64,000 bases of DNA, from NCBI GenBank assembly GCA_965221155.1, contig OZ244869.1, positions 2,584,772 through 2,648,771 of the forward strand. The letters run 5' to 3'. This stretch comes from an uncultured Candidatus Binatia bacterium (GTDB taxonomy: Bacteria > Desulfobacterota > Binatia > UBA9968 > JAJDTQ01). Shown here piece by piece: positions 26,197 to 35,401 of this stretch. The translations under genes were made by a program, and so were the position numbers. Within the stretch, counting starts at the first letter, position 1. The number at the start of each line of letters is the position of its first letter. The notes below the pieces were generated by a model. The model saw nothing but the letters and a program-made list of their open reading frames with translations. It ran no database searches and was not told the DNA's origin.

Positions 26197-27189
26197 CTAA
26201 AGATTGACTCGCGCCATGCCGTCGGGCGGATAGCGGTCGCCCGCCGCCGCGCCCGGCGGGAACGCGGCATCCAGCGCGGCCATGTCTTCCGCCGTCAGGG
26301 CGATGTCGATGGCCTTGAGGTTCTCTTCGAGGTGGGTGCGCCGCTTGCAGCCGGGAATGGGAAACACGTTGCCGCCCTGGGCCAGCACCCAGGCGATGGC
26401 GATCTGCGCCGGCGTCGCTCCGTGCGCGTCGGCGATCTTCCGGATCGCGGCAACGCGTTCGCGGTTGGCGGCGGCGTTCTCGTCCGAAAAGCGTGGAAAC
26501 TTGTGCCGCAGGTCGCCCTCCGGCAGCGCGTCGCGTCCGCCGACGGTACCGGCCAGGAACCCGTAGCCCAGCGGTGCGTAGGCCATCAGCCCGAGGCCTA
26601 GTTCGTCGCACGCCTCGAGATGTCCGCCTTCGACGTCGCGGGTCCAGAGCGAGAACTCGAACTGCAGCGATACCAGCGGATGGGCCTTCATCGCCCGGCG
26701 CAGGGTCCCGGGCGCGGCTTCCGAGAGGCCGATGAATCGGGTCTTGCCTTCCTCCACGAGCCGGGCCATGGCGCCGACCGATTCTTCGATCGGTACGGTG
26801 GGATCCACCCGCGACATGCAGAGCGCATCGAGCGTCTCGATGTCGAGATTCTTGAGGCTGGTTTCACAGATCAGGCGCAGCCGGTCCGGTGTGCCGCTCC
26901 CTTGAGCCAAGGACGAGCCGTCGTTCGCGCGGACGGTGCCGGTCTTGGAGTGGATGAAGACCTTCCCGCGCTTTCCGCCCTTCAGCGCCTCGCCGATGAG
27001 CCGGTGGTTATGCCCCTGGCCATAGCTGGCAGATGTATCCAGCAGCGTCACGCCGAGTTCGATGGCGCGGTGGATGGTGGCGATGGATTCCCCATCGTCG
27101 CCCGCACCGTACGCCCCCGACATGGAAAAACAGCCGAGCCCGATGCGCGACAGCTTCTCGCCGGTATTGCCGAAGATGGCGCTTTCCAT
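26197..27189 (-). CDS. aldo/keto reductase family oxidoreductase
   Basis: 330 aa. AKR blocks 'LGCFSMSGAYG', 'LLDTSASYGQGHNHRLIGEAL', C-terminal 'IPGCKRRTHLEENL'. Confidence 0.9.
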   Translation of the reverse strand: MESAIFGNTGEKLSRIGLGCFSMSGAYGAGDDGESIATIHRAIELGVTLLDTSASYGQGHNHRLIGEALKGGKRGKVFIHSKTGTVRANDGSSLAQGSGTPDRLRLICETSLKNLDIETLDALCMSRVDPTVPIEESVGAMARLVEEGKTRFIGLSEAAPGTLRRAMKAHPLVSLQFEFSLWTRDVEGGHLEACDELGLGLMAYAPLGYGFLAGTVGGRDALPEGDLRHKFPRFSDENAAANRERVAAIRKIADAHGATPAQIAIAWVLAQGGNVFPIPGCKRRTHLEENLKAIDIALTAEDMAALDAAFPPGAAAGDRYPPDGMARVNL

Positions 27190-27199
27190 GGGATGGATC

Positions 27200-27985
27200 C
27201 TATCGGTCCGCGGATAGCAGGACCTTTTTGAAGAACTCGATTACGTGTTCGCGGGATTTCTCCGCGGCCTTACGATCCCACCGCATGATTCGACCGCCGG
27301 GGCTCTTGTTCACCAATTCCTTGTCGAATCCGTGATGTGCCCCCTTGAAGTAGACGACGGTCACGTTCGTATGCAATTCCCGAAAAACGTCGCACCTGTC
27401 CGGATCCGTAAACTCGTCCGCTGTGCCGAAGAGTATCAGTATCGGAACATTGGGCAAGTTCACTCTGCGGCTCCGTGTGCAGCCGCCATAGATCCCAACA
27501 TAGGCCGCGAAGGCTCGCTCATCGCTTTCCAGCCAGCGTTGCTGAGAACTGAGGCGGGCCAGACGCAGCGCCATCCCGGCGCCAAAGGACCATCCCATGA
27601 CTCCGATACGCTCTCCGTCCACGTCGGGGCGTTGTCGAAGCAGCCGCATTGCCTCGTATCCTACCGGTATGAAGCGGTCCATCTTCGGCCGGTTGCGGCG
27701 GCTGGTGTAAACGCCGCTCTTGGTGTCGACGACAAAGGTGCCGATCCCGGCCGGTAAAAGGCGAGAGCGGTAAAATCCCTGACGCTGGTCGACGCCGTCG
27801 GTCCCCGGCAGCATGACCACCACCGGTGCGGGCCGGGTGCCCTTTTCCGGCAGGTTCAACTCGCCGGAAAACTCCCGTCCGTCGAATCCGTCGACGACGA
27901 ACCGGACCGACTGACCGTGTGCCAGGGTGGAGAAGAGTACGAACCACGTAATGCACACGATACTCGAAATCATCCTGTGCAGCAT
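27200..27985 (-). CDS. dienelactone hydrolase family alpha/beta hydrolase (secreted)
   Basis: Signal peptide. Nucleophile elbow 'GVMGWSFGAG'. His in 'GAHHGFD'. Confidence 0.75.
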   Translation of the reverse strand: MLHRMISSIVCITWFVLFSTLAHGQSVRFVVDGFDGREFSGELNLPEKGTRPAPVVVMLPGTDGVDQRQGFYRSRLLPAGIGTFVVDTKSGVYTSRRNRPKMDRFIPVGYEAMRLLRQRPDVDGERIGVMGWSFGAGMALRLARLSSQQRWLESDERAFAAYVGIYGGCTRSRRVNLPNVPILILFGTADEFTDPDRCDVFRELHTNVTVVYFKGAHHGFDKELVNKSPGGRIMRWDRKAAEKSREHVIEFFKKVLLSADR

Positions 27986-28056
27986 GGGTGTCCTCTACTT
28001 CAGTTTGGACATTCATGGCCGGAACGCTCCCTGAGGCGTGTCTGGCACTGGTCCGT

Positions 28057-29067
28057 TCAGAGATCCAGGGTACTCGGTGCGAAAACCTCTTCCAGCGCGA
28101 GCTTGCGCGGGGTGAGCATCTGCTCGAAGGAGTAGTCGATGAGGGTCTGGAGCATGGCGGCGTTGTCCCGGATGCCGTAGGGGAAAGGGTCCCGGCCGAC
28201 GATGGAACGGGTCTGTTCCAGGTACGCCGGGCCGAAGAAGAGGTCCGACGGGATGGCGGCCGCCAGCCGCTCGTACCAGTGCTCCTTGGCCTTGGCGAAG
28301 GCCGCGAACAGGTTGAAGGCGAGCCAGGGGTGCTTCTCGTGGACGTCCCCGCGGATCACGTAGCAGTGGTTGATGGGGACGAACCCGTGGGCCTGCACGT
28401 AGCGCCGGCCCTCGGCCGGCATGTCCGGGAAAAGCGGCCGCACCGCGTCGGCGTCGCCCTCCCGGCGGTCGTGGGTGGACCGGTCGATGACGTTCCGCTC
28501 GGCGTGGAAGGCGCTCAGCACCATGGCCGCGTCGAGCTCCCGGTCGACCAGCATGGAGATCAGGCTCTTGTCCTTCGGGATGCGGTGGAAGCGGATCCCT
28601 TCCGGCGGGGTGAACCCGGTGGCGCCGCCGTGGCTCAGCTCCTCGCTGCGCTCCATGTACCAGTCGACGCCGTACTGGGACACGCCGAAGTCGTGTTCCA
28701 GGGTGCCGCGGGTCCACAGCGCCGCGGTCTGCTGGTACTCGCCCACGCCGATGCGCTTGCCCGCCAGCTCCCCGGCATCCCCGATGCCGGAATCCGTGTG
28801 GACGTACAGCGCCATGTGCATGAAGCGCCGGGACGGGAACACGGGGATGGCCACCATGTCGTGGCCACGGGACTTGGCGATGAGCAGAGACGACATGGAC
28901 ATCTCGGCGATGTGGAACTCGCCGAACTTGAGTTGCCGCCAGAACGTCTCCGACGGGTGCGAGTGGCTCCATACGAGGTCCACCCCCTCCACCGGGATGG
29001 TGCCGTCGAGGAGCGCGGCGATGCGTTCGTAGCTGCCGGAGATCAGGCTGAGTTCGAGTTTCTTCAT
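28057..29067 (-). CDS. PhtD-like / NMT1-THI5-like fold protein, paralog 2
   Basis: 336 aa. Conserved blocks with 21438-22430 and 42763-43737 ('VAIPVFPSRRFMH', 'GKRIGVGEYQQTAALW', 'GFVPINH'). Confidence 0.6.
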   Translation of the reverse strand: MKKLELSLISGSYERIAALLDGTIPVEGVDLVWSHSHPSETFWRQLKFGEFHIAEMSMSSLLIAKSRGHDMVAIPVFPSRRFMHMALYVHTDSGIGDAGELAGKRIGVGEYQQTAALWTRGTLEHDFGVSQYGVDWYMERSEELSHGGATGFTPPEGIRFHRIPKDKSLISMLVDRELDAAMVLSAFHAERNVIDRSTHDRREGDADAVRPLFPDMPAEGRRYVQAHGFVPINHCYVIRGDVHEKHPWLAFNLFAAFAKAKEHWYERLAAAIPSDLFFGPAYLEQTRSIVGRDPFPYGIRDNAAMLQTLIDYSFEQMLTPRKLALEEVFAPSTLDL

Positions 29068-29094
29068 GGTCGGACGCCGTCGCTACGATACAGA

Positions 29095-29260
29095 TCCCTC
29101 TCCCTCTGGGAGAGGGTGGCCGAAGGCCGGGTGAGGGCGCCCCAACAACCCTGTCCCGCCCATTGTTCCCCAATTCAACGGGCCGCTTGCAACGGATACC
29201 CTCACCCCAACCCTCTCCCGGAGGGAGAGGGGGTCGGAGGCCATTGTCGGAGCAAGACCC
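29095..29260. repeat. family D palindromic element, copy 2
   Basis: Reverse-complement match to 9620-9775. Confidence 0.8.
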
Positions 29261-29261
29261 G

Positions 29262-30362
29262 TTACTGGGGCGTTACACAGGTGGTCAGCACGGACGGAAG
29301 CTCCGGCAGCACCGGTTCCCAGGAGTCGCCGCGGTCGCGGGTGACGTAGAGGGCGCCCGTACCTCGAGCCTTGGGATCGAACCCGAAGCCGCGGGAGCCG
29401 TCCCCCATGGCGGCGAAGACCGTATTCGGGTCTTCAGGGTGACGCTGCAGCGTCCATGGCATGTACGGCATCATCTCGGCCATGCCGTTGGTGGCGTTGC
29501 GCCAGGTTACGCCGTCGTCATCGCTCAGCATGATCACGCCGTGGGGGTTGGTGCTCTCGCCGCGCCAGACTCCCGGGGAACCGCGCCCGCCGCACACCAT
29601 CATCCGTCCGCCCGGCAGGAAGAACCAGTCGTGGGTGTAGCTGTACTTCTCGGTGTAGCCCCACGGCATGCCGTCCTCGACCCGGCGCCACTGGCGTCCG
29701 CGGTCGTCGCTGCGGAAGAAACCCCGTGCGCAGGACACGTAGTAGCGGTCCTTGCTGCCCGGATAGTTGCAGAGTTGGTGCATGTCGAGGTAGTCGATGC
29801 CCGCGCTGGCGTCTTCCCAGGTCTTGCCGCGATCCTCGGTGCGTACCACGCCGCCGTGCTCCAGCGGCATCAGTATGAGATCGGTGTCATCCGGATGGAT
29901 GAAGATGTTGCAGATGTGCGGGAACTGCACGCCGACGTACGGTCCCGGGACGCACCATTGGTTCTGGACCTCCTCGGGCATCTGTTGCAGGCTTTCGAGG
30001 TTCTCCCAGGTGTCCCCGCCGTCCTCGCTGCGCATGAGCTGCACCGGCCCAAGTCCGGCATAGACCACGCGGTCGTCGTGAGGATCCACCGCGAAGCAGC
30101 GGGTGTCACCTTCGAAGACCTTCTTCCAGCTCTTGCCGCCGTCGTCCGTGCGGTAGCCGCCGTCGAAGGGCACGGCGGCGAAGACGCGCTCGGGCCGGGT
30201 CTTGCAGCCTGCCAGGCCGTCCACGGTCTGTCCCGGAAAATGCTCGGCGCACGCCTCCAACCCACCGCCCCGGTTCTCATACACGGTGAGCCCACCATTG
30301 AACGCCACGTAGAAGCGGAGTGAATCGCGCATCGGTTTGTCCTCCTCGTTTCTCTGATTCAA
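29262..30362 (-). CDS. BNR/Asp-box repeat beta-propeller protein (sialidase-fold / Ycf48-like)
   Basis: Six S/T-x-D-x-G-x-(T/S)-W Asp-boxes: TDDGGKSW, SEDGGDTW, TEDRGKTW, SDDRGRQW, SDDDGVTW, TRDRGDSW. Confidence 0.6.
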   Translation of the reverse strand: MNQRNEEDKPMRDSLRFYVAFNGGLTVYENRGGGLEACAEHFPGQTVDGLAGCKTRPERVFAAVPFDGGYRTDDGGKSWKKVFEGDTRCFAVDPHDDRVVYAGLGPVQLMRSEDGGDTWENLESLQQMPEEVQNQWCVPGPYVGVQFPHICNIFIHPDDTDLILMPLEHGGVVRTEDRGKTWEDASAGIDYLDMHQLCNYPGSKDRYYVSCARGFFRSDDRGRQWRRVEDGMPWGYTEKYSYTHDWFFLPGGRMMVCGGRGSPGVWRGESTNPHGVIMLSDDDGVTWRNATNGMAEMMPYMPWTLQRHPEDPNTVFAAMGDGSRGFGFDPKARGTGALYVTRDRGDSWEPVLPELPSVLTTCVTPQ

Positions 30363-30367
30363 TCGGC

Positions 30368-30514
30368 GCCCTTCGACTCCGCTTCGCTCACGCTCCGCTA
30401 CGCTCAGGACGAACGGTAGAATGTCCTTCAGCCGTTGGGACGAACGGGAAAATGCCCCTCAACCGTTCGTCCTGAGCGTAGCGGAGCGCCAGCGGAGCGA
30501 AGTCGAAGGACGCC
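30368..30514. repeat. REP family C inverted pair (CCTTCGACTCCGCTTCGCTACGCTCAGGACGAAC ... GTTCGTCCTGAGCGTAGCGGAGCG..GAAGTCGAAGG)
   Basis: ~145-bp hairpin-capable element filling the entire gap between two convergent/tandem genes. Related copies at 50978-51095 and inside family-F MITEs. Confidence 0.8.
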
Positions 30515-30520
30515 ATCCCC

Positions 30521-31774
30521 CTAGCGCGGCGCCACCAGAATCTCTTCCCGTGGAAAGTGGTCCATGATCTCGGCGCCGTCCTTGGTCACCACCACCATGT
30601 TCTCCAGCCGCACGCCGCCCACGCGGGTTTCGCCCTCGCGGCTCTCGATGGCGATGGTCATGCCCTCCTCGAACTCCTGCGGGTACTTCAGGGACCACTG
30701 GCGGTTGATGATCGGGATGTCGTAGTTGGTGCTTCCCTGGGTGAGGCCGATGCCGTGGGCGATCTCGCTGGCGAGCACCTCGCACTCTTCCTCGTAGCCC
30801 CAACTCGTCGCGGGCGGAAAATGCTTGGCGGCGTCGGCCGTGGTGTTGCCCGGCTTGATGGCGTCGATGACGCCGTCGATGCTGTCCCGCACGCGCTTGT
30901 ACCAGTCCTGCTCCTTGGCGTTGGGTTTCCTGCCGACGATGAAAGTCCGGTAGGTGCACGTGGCGTAACCCTGGTAGGTCAGGCCGCAGAGCGAGCCGTA
31001 CAACAGGTCGCCGGTCTGCAAAAGCCGGCTGGACTGATGGAAGCCGCGGTCGAAGGTCGTGGGTCCGGAGCGCCAGCCTCCGGGCGGGGCCGACTCCGCG
31101 CCCATGTCGTAGCCGGCCTTGGTGGCCACGCCCGAGAGGTCGGTATCGCGCACGCCCGGCTTGGCGGTCTCCCAGATGCGGTACCAGACGCCTTCCACGA
31201 TGGCCGCCGCGGTCTTGAGGCATTCGATCTCGTCGTATGTCTTGATCTTGCGGATCTCCTTCATCACCAGGCTGAAGTCCACGAGGTTCTTGACGCCGGC
31301 GTTGGTGAGGGCTTCGCGCGCGATGCCGTCGAAGGCGCTGAAGCCGATCTTCTCGTTCAGCAGGCCCCGGCTCTTGAGTTCGTCGTGGATGTCGGCGGCG
31401 AACTGCCGGGCCTCGTCCTTGGCCGCCTCGATGCCGCAGGCGGCGGTCAGCCAGGCCCGTGCCGGGCGCCATTCCTTGATCCAGGGCGCCTGATCCGGCA
31501 TCTGGTGGAAGTGGCCGCTGTGCTCGTACATGATCGGGTCGTGGTCGGCGAAGAAAAGCGTGTAACGGCACATGGGGTAGTTGAAGCCCTTGAGGCCGGT
31601 GAGGTAGCGGATGTTCGCCGAGTTGGCTTCCAGCAGCACCGGGATCCCGTGCTCGCGCATGATCCGCTTGGCCCGCTCGGCGCGCTCGCGGCGCAAGCGG
31701 TCCGTGTTCAGCCGTTCCTGCCAATCCGATATCTCGTTGCCGTACGTGAGCTTGGATGCGTACCGTGGTGCCAT
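30521..31774 (-). CDS. M24 family metallopeptidase (Xaa-Pro aminopeptidase/creatinase-like)
   Basis: 417 aa. N-terminal creatinase-like domain + C-terminal pita-bread domain with metal ligands (D...D...H...E...E pattern, e.g. 'HGIGLTQGS', 'ESREGE'). Confidence 0.8.
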   Translation of the reverse strand: MAPRYASKLTYGNEISDWQERLNTDRLRRERAERAKRIMREHGIPVLLEANSANIRYLTGLKGFNYPMCRYTLFFADHDPIMYEHSGHFHQMPDQAPWIKEWRPARAWLTAACGIEAAKDEARQFAADIHDELKSRGLLNEKIGFSAFDGIAREALTNAGVKNLVDFSLVMKEIRKIKTYDEIECLKTAAAIVEGVWYRIWETAKPGVRDTDLSGVATKAGYDMGAESAPPGGWRSGPTTFDRGFHQSSRLLQTGDLLYGSLCGLTYQGYATCTYRTFIVGRKPNAKEQDWYKRVRDSIDGVIDAIKPGNTTADAAKHFPPATSWGYEEECEVLASEIAHGIGLTQGSTNYDIPIINRQWSLKYPQEFEEGMTIAIESREGETRVGGVRLENMVVVTKDGAEIMDHFPREEILVAPR

Positions 31775-31944
31775 GTAAGAAACCTCCTTTGGTGGCTGTG
31801 GGAATCAGGGGTCTATCCCACCAGGGCGGGTCGGAAACCCGCCCCAACATGCCCATATGAGCCGGTCCTTGTCAAGGTTCGGGCGGGGTAATAGGATGAG
31901 CCGAAGCCCGATGCGGCAGCCACTAACGAAGGAGGGAACGGAAG

Positions 31945-32976
31945 GTGACGAAATACCGCGCCATCGATGCCGACGGCCACGTAATGGAGCATCCCGGGGA
32001 GATCAAGGAGTTCCTGGAGCCGCCGTACGACCGCCTGCCCTGGACCGTCTACTCCTTGTTCCCCAGCGTGGACGGCTTCGTCCGCGGCTTCTCGCGCCTC
32101 ACCGACGACGACGATCCGGATGCCGGCCGATGGCTGGAGTTTCTCGACCGCTGCGGCATCGAGACCTCCTACCTGTATCCGTCGGTGGGCCTGACCGTGG
32201 GCCTGATCCAGGACCGGGACTATGCCGCGGTCATCTCGCGCGCCTACAATCGCTGGATCCATTCCAAGTTCATGCAGGCCAGCGAGCGCCTGCGCGCCGT
32301 GGCGTTGCTGCCGGTCCAGAACCTGCCCGAGGCGGTCACGGAGCTTCGCGCCGCGGTGACGGAGTTGGGCATGCCGGGGGCGATGTTGCCGTCGGTGACG
32401 GCAGCCGGCAAGCACTACGGCCACCGCGACTATGACCCGCTCTACGAGGAGGCCCAGCGCCTGGGCTGCTGCCTGGCCATCCACGGCGCCGTGAGCCAGC
32501 ATATCGGCATCGACAACTCCGACAACCTCTTCAAGACCATCACGCTGGAGCACCCGGTGTCGCAGCTCATCCAGTTCACCGACATGATGACGGAGGGGGT
32601 CTTCGAGCGCTTCCCCGACCTCCGCTTCGCCTTCCTGGAAGCGGGCGCCGGCTGGGTCCCCTACATGATGGACCGCATGGACGAGAACTACGAGCGGCGC
32701 GGCAAGCGCTGGTGCCCGGTGTTGACCAAACGGCCCAGCGAGTACGTGCGTTCCGGGAACGTCTACGTCAGTTGCGAGGTGGAGGAGAAGACCCTGCCCA
32801 CCGCGCTGCAACTCGTAGGCGAGGACCGGATCTTCTTCGCCTCGGACTATCCCCACGAGCGCCACAAGGGCGAGTTCTACGGCGACATCGACGAGCTGAA
32901 CGCCCGGGAGGACCTCTCGGACGCGCACAAGCACAAGGTGCTCTACGCCAACGCCGAGCGGTTCTACAACGGTTGA
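31945..32976 (+). CDS. amidohydrolase-2 family protein (ACMSD-like metal-dependent hydrolase/decarboxylase)
   Basis: 'AIDADGHVMEHP' N-terminal H-x-H-like motif. 'FASDYPHERH' C-terminal Asp/His block. 343 aa. Confidence 0.8.
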   Translation: MTKYRAIDADGHVMEHPGEIKEFLEPPYDRLPWTVYSLFPSVDGFVRGFSRLTDDDDPDAGRWLEFLDRCGIETSYLYPSVGLTVGLIQDRDYAAVISRAYNRWIHSKFMQASERLRAVALLPVQNLPEAVTELRAAVTELGMPGAMLPSVTAAGKHYGHRDYDPLYEEAQRLGCCLAIHGAVSQHIGIDNSDNLFKTITLEHPVSQLIQFTDMMTEGVFERFPDLRFAFLEAGAGWVPYMMDRMDENYERRGKRWCPVLTKRPSEYVRSGNVYVSCEVEEKTLPTALQLVGEDRIFFASDYPHERHKGEFYGDIDELNAREDLSDAHKHKVLYANAERFYNG

Positions 32977-33021
32977 GGAAGGCGGCCGAGGGTAGAAGCC
33001 GACAGGAGGAGGAATTCCATC

Positions 33022-33471
33022 ATGCCGAAGGTTTCTTCATTGGGTCATATCGGCCTGACGGTCCACGACATCGAGCGCTCCAAGGCCTTCTACCGGGACG
33101 TGCTTGGGCTGACCGTCAGCGACGAAAGCGACACCGGCACGGTCTTCATGACCGCCCAGGAGCGCCATCAGGAGCACCACGAGCTCCAGTTGCGCCCGGG
33201 CCGGGAAGACGGCGGGAACCTCATCCAGCAGATATCCTTCCGGTGCGAAAGCCTGGCCGAGTTGAAGGCGTTCCACCGCGATTTCCTGGAGCGCGGCGTC
33301 CCCATCGAGCGCGTCGCCAGCCACGGCAATGCCGTCGGCATCTATTTCGCCGATCCCGACGGCAACACCGTCGAAGTGTACTGGCCCACCGGCATCGACT
33401 GGCCGCAGCCGTTTCGCAAGCCGGTCGATCTGACCCAGGCGGATGACGTTATCTTGGCCAATCTGACCTGA
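33022..33471 (+). CDS. VOC family protein (glyoxalase/bleomycin-resistance/extradiol dioxygenase fold)
   Basis: 'LGHIGLTVHDIERSKAFYRDVLGL' beta-alpha-beta-beta-beta module. 149 aa. Confidence 0.75.
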   Translation: MPKVSSLGHIGLTVHDIERSKAFYRDVLGLTVSDESDTGTVFMTAQERHQEHHELQLRPGREDGGNLIQQISFRCESLAELKAFHRDFLERGVPIERVASHGNAVGIYFADPDGNTVEVYWPTGIDWPQPFRKPVDLTQADDVILANLT

Positions 33472-33564
33472 CTCGCGCAGGGAGGATCAACGCCTTCCTA
33501 TCCGCTCCTTGCACCTCGATCATTCAGTGTTGTCGTGATGGTGAGCCTATGCCATCATGCTGGA

Positions 33565-33822
33565 ATGATACGCACCCAAGTACAGTTGACGGAGCAGCAA
33601 CACTTGCGCTTGCGAGCGCTTGCGGCGGAGCGGGGATTGTCTATCTCGCAGCTTGTGCGCGACGGAGTGGACAACGTTCTTGCCCAGATCGAACAGGGAG
33701 CACAGAGCCAGAGGGCGCAGCGTGCAATTGCCGCGGCCGGGCGATTCCATTCCGGGCGGAGCGATGTCGCTCGTCGTCATGATGATTATCTCGTCACTGC
33801 CTATGAAACATCCGAGGAATGA
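33565..33822 (+). CDS. vapB: ribbon-helix-helix antitoxin (VapB-like)
   Basis: 85-aa product from internal ATG (MIRTQVQLTEQQHLRLRALAAERGLSISQLVRDGV...). ATGA overlap with downstream PIN gene. Confidence 0.55.
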   Translation: MIRTQVQLTEQQHLRLRALAAERGLSISQLVRDGVDNVLAQIEQGAQSQRAQRAIAAAGRFHSGRSDVARRHDDYLVTAYETSEE

Positions 33823-34232
33823 CGAATCCAAAGAATGACGAGGTCTTTGTTGACACATCCGCGTTCTACGCCGTACTGGACGCGGACGACGAGGCGCATG
33901 CCCAGGCAAGCACGGAGTGGCATGGATTGATTGATGGCCGGCGGTCGCTGGTCACTTCGAACTACGTGTGCGTGGAGACGAGCGCTCTCGTTCAGGCACG
34001 CCTCGGGATGGACGCCGTCCGCGCCCTGTTCCACGATGTCCTGCCGATGGTGACGGTGGTGACCGTTGACGAGACGGTTCACACGAATGCTGTCGCGACC
34101 CTGCTGGGAGCCAATAGACGGGATCTCAGTCTGGTCGACTGCGCGAGCTTTGCCGTGATGCGTCAGCGTGGAATCGTCTCGGCGTTTGCATTCGACCGGC
34201 ACTTTGCCGAACAGGGCTTTGGGTTCGCGTAG
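33819..34232 (+). CDS. vapC: PIN-domain ribonuclease toxin VapC
   Basis: 'VFVDTSAFYAVLDADDEAH' N-terminal acidic PIN motif. 137 aa. 4-nt overlap with antitoxin. Confidence 0.75.
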   Translation: MTNPKNDEVFVDTSAFYAVLDADDEAHAQASTEWHGLIDGRRSLVTSNYVCVETSALVQARLGMDAVRALFHDVLPMVTVVTVDETVHTNAVATLLGANRRDLSLVDCASFAVMRQRGIVSAFAFDRHFAEQGFGFA

Positions 34233-34424
34233 GACACTCCACGTAGTCGCCATGACCTCCTTGTTGGCGAAATCCATCCTGTCCATTTCCGAGAGTGTCT
34301 TGGTTTCCTGCCGTCGGGCGTCACCACACAGGACTTCACGTAACGCGGCGGCGATAGTCTCTTCGACGGAAGACGTTCCCAGCACGCGGCGCGCCTGTTC
34401 GATCAGATCGTCATCGATGTCAAT
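34233..34424 (-). pseudogene. decayed second copy of the 34970-35179 vapB antitoxin gene (5' end replaced by a REP-B element, stop codon lost)
   Basis: Nucleotide-level similarity to 34970-35179: 'YIDIDDDLIEQARRVLGTSSVEETIAAALREVL..DARRQE' vs 'SVDIDDYLIEQVRGVLGTSSIKETIDSALREVLRVDARRQE'. No start codon. Read-through into antisense of vapC creates the spurious 194-aa ORF 33801-34385. Confidence 0.45.
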
Positions 34425-34504
34425 GTAGGTCGGATTAGCCGAAGGCGTAATCCGACTCGGTATACTGGCGGCGTGTCGGATTACGCTTCGCTAATCCGAC
34501 CTAC
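34425..34504. repeat. REP family B inverted pair (GTAGGTCGGATTAGCCGAAGGCGTAATCCGAC ... GTCGGATTACGCTTCGCTAATCCGACCTAC)
   Basis: Two GTAG-initiated palindromic units in inverted orientation. Same family at 41163-41239, 49844-49964, 61423-61500, 61598-61677. Confidence 0.85.
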
Positions 34505-34546
34505 GGGGTGCTGGCAGTCGCGGTGGCGTCCTGCAGTCGGCAGAGG

Positions 34547-34954
34547 TCATAGGGAGCCCCGGCGGGCAACCCACTCCACGTCCTGGGTGGTGACTGTTGC
34601 TATGGTGTCGAAGTCCGAGTCGTAGTGGAGAACCGTCATGCCGGCCGTCTCTGCCGCGGCAGCGATGATCAGGTCTGGTATCGGCAGCCGGTGCCGGCCC
34701 CTCTGGGCGAGTAACCCCTGGACCTCGACCGCCCGCCGGAAGGTTCCGTCCGTCAATACGACTCTTTGATACGCGAATTCGCGTCGAGCGCGAGTGCGCA
34801 CGTGCTCGGCGTAATTCCGCGTAGAGTAAAGAACCTCAAGATCAATGATCGCGCAGGTGGCGGCCTCGCCCGATTCGATGATGGGCGCGATTCTCGCCCA
34901 GACTCTTGGATGTTCCATGCGCGCCAGCGCGCTCTTGTCGATCAGGTAGGGCAT
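34547..34954 (-). CDS. vapC: PIN-domain toxin VapC (second copy)
   Basis: 'MPYLIDKSALARME...' PIN fold with conserved acidic residues (D6, E..., D...D). 135 aa. Downstream of vapB in same orientation. Confidence 0.75.
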   Translation of the reverse strand: MPYLIDKSALARMEHPRVWARIAPIIESGEAATCAIIDLEVLYSTRNYAEHVRTRARREFAYQRVVLTDGTFRRAVEVQGLLAQRGRHRLPIPDLIIAAAAETAGMTVLHYDSDFDTIATVTTQDVEWVARRGSL

Positions 34955-34969
34955 CGGACAGGGACGCGT

Positions 34970-35179
34970 TCACGAGCGCCAGGCCTTGGCCATGACGTCC
35001 CTGTTGGTAAGGTCCATCCCGTCCATTTTCGCGAGTGCCCGGATTTCCTGTCGACGAGCGTCAACGCGCAGGACTTCACGCAACGCGGAGTCGATGGTTT
35101 CTTTGATGGACGACGTTCCGAGCACGCCACGCACCTGTTCGATCAGATAGTCATCAATGTCAACGCTGGTTTTTCTCAT
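34970..35179 (-). CDS. vapB: VapB family antitoxin
   Basis: 69 aa 'MRKTSVDIDDYLIEQVRGVLGTSSIKETIDSALREVL', typical mycobacterial-type VapB. 15-nt gap to vapC. Confidence 0.7.
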   Translation of the reverse strand: MRKTSVDIDDYLIEQVRGVLGTSSIKETIDSALREVLRVDARRQEIRALAKMDGMDLTNRDVMAKAWRS

Positions 35180-35341
35180 GCGGGACCTCCGACGCCTTTA
35201 GAAGCGAGATATCAGGAAACCTCACTACACTATATCCAACCGTATGAGAAAATGGTATCGGCGCAGGCCGAACTGGCCAAAGGCGTGAACTGACTTGTAG
35301 GCGTACAGGCCGCTCTGGCAGTCTACGCGACGTCAGATCCC

Positions 35342-35369
35342 GTAGGGGCGACCGGCCGGCCGCCCCTAC
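35342..35369. repeat. REP family A variant unit GTAGGGGCGACCGGCCGGCCGCCCCTAC
   Basis: Same variant core as 12317-12345. Confidence 0.7.
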
Positions 35370-35401
35370 GCTCGCTACAATTCGACTGCTCGGGCAGGCT
35401 C

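Noticed and set aside
33801-34385. 194-aa minus-strand ORF
   Set aside because: Chimeric read-through: decayed vapB copy (stop lost) continuing antisense through vapC(+). Annotated instead as a vapB pseudogene remnant.
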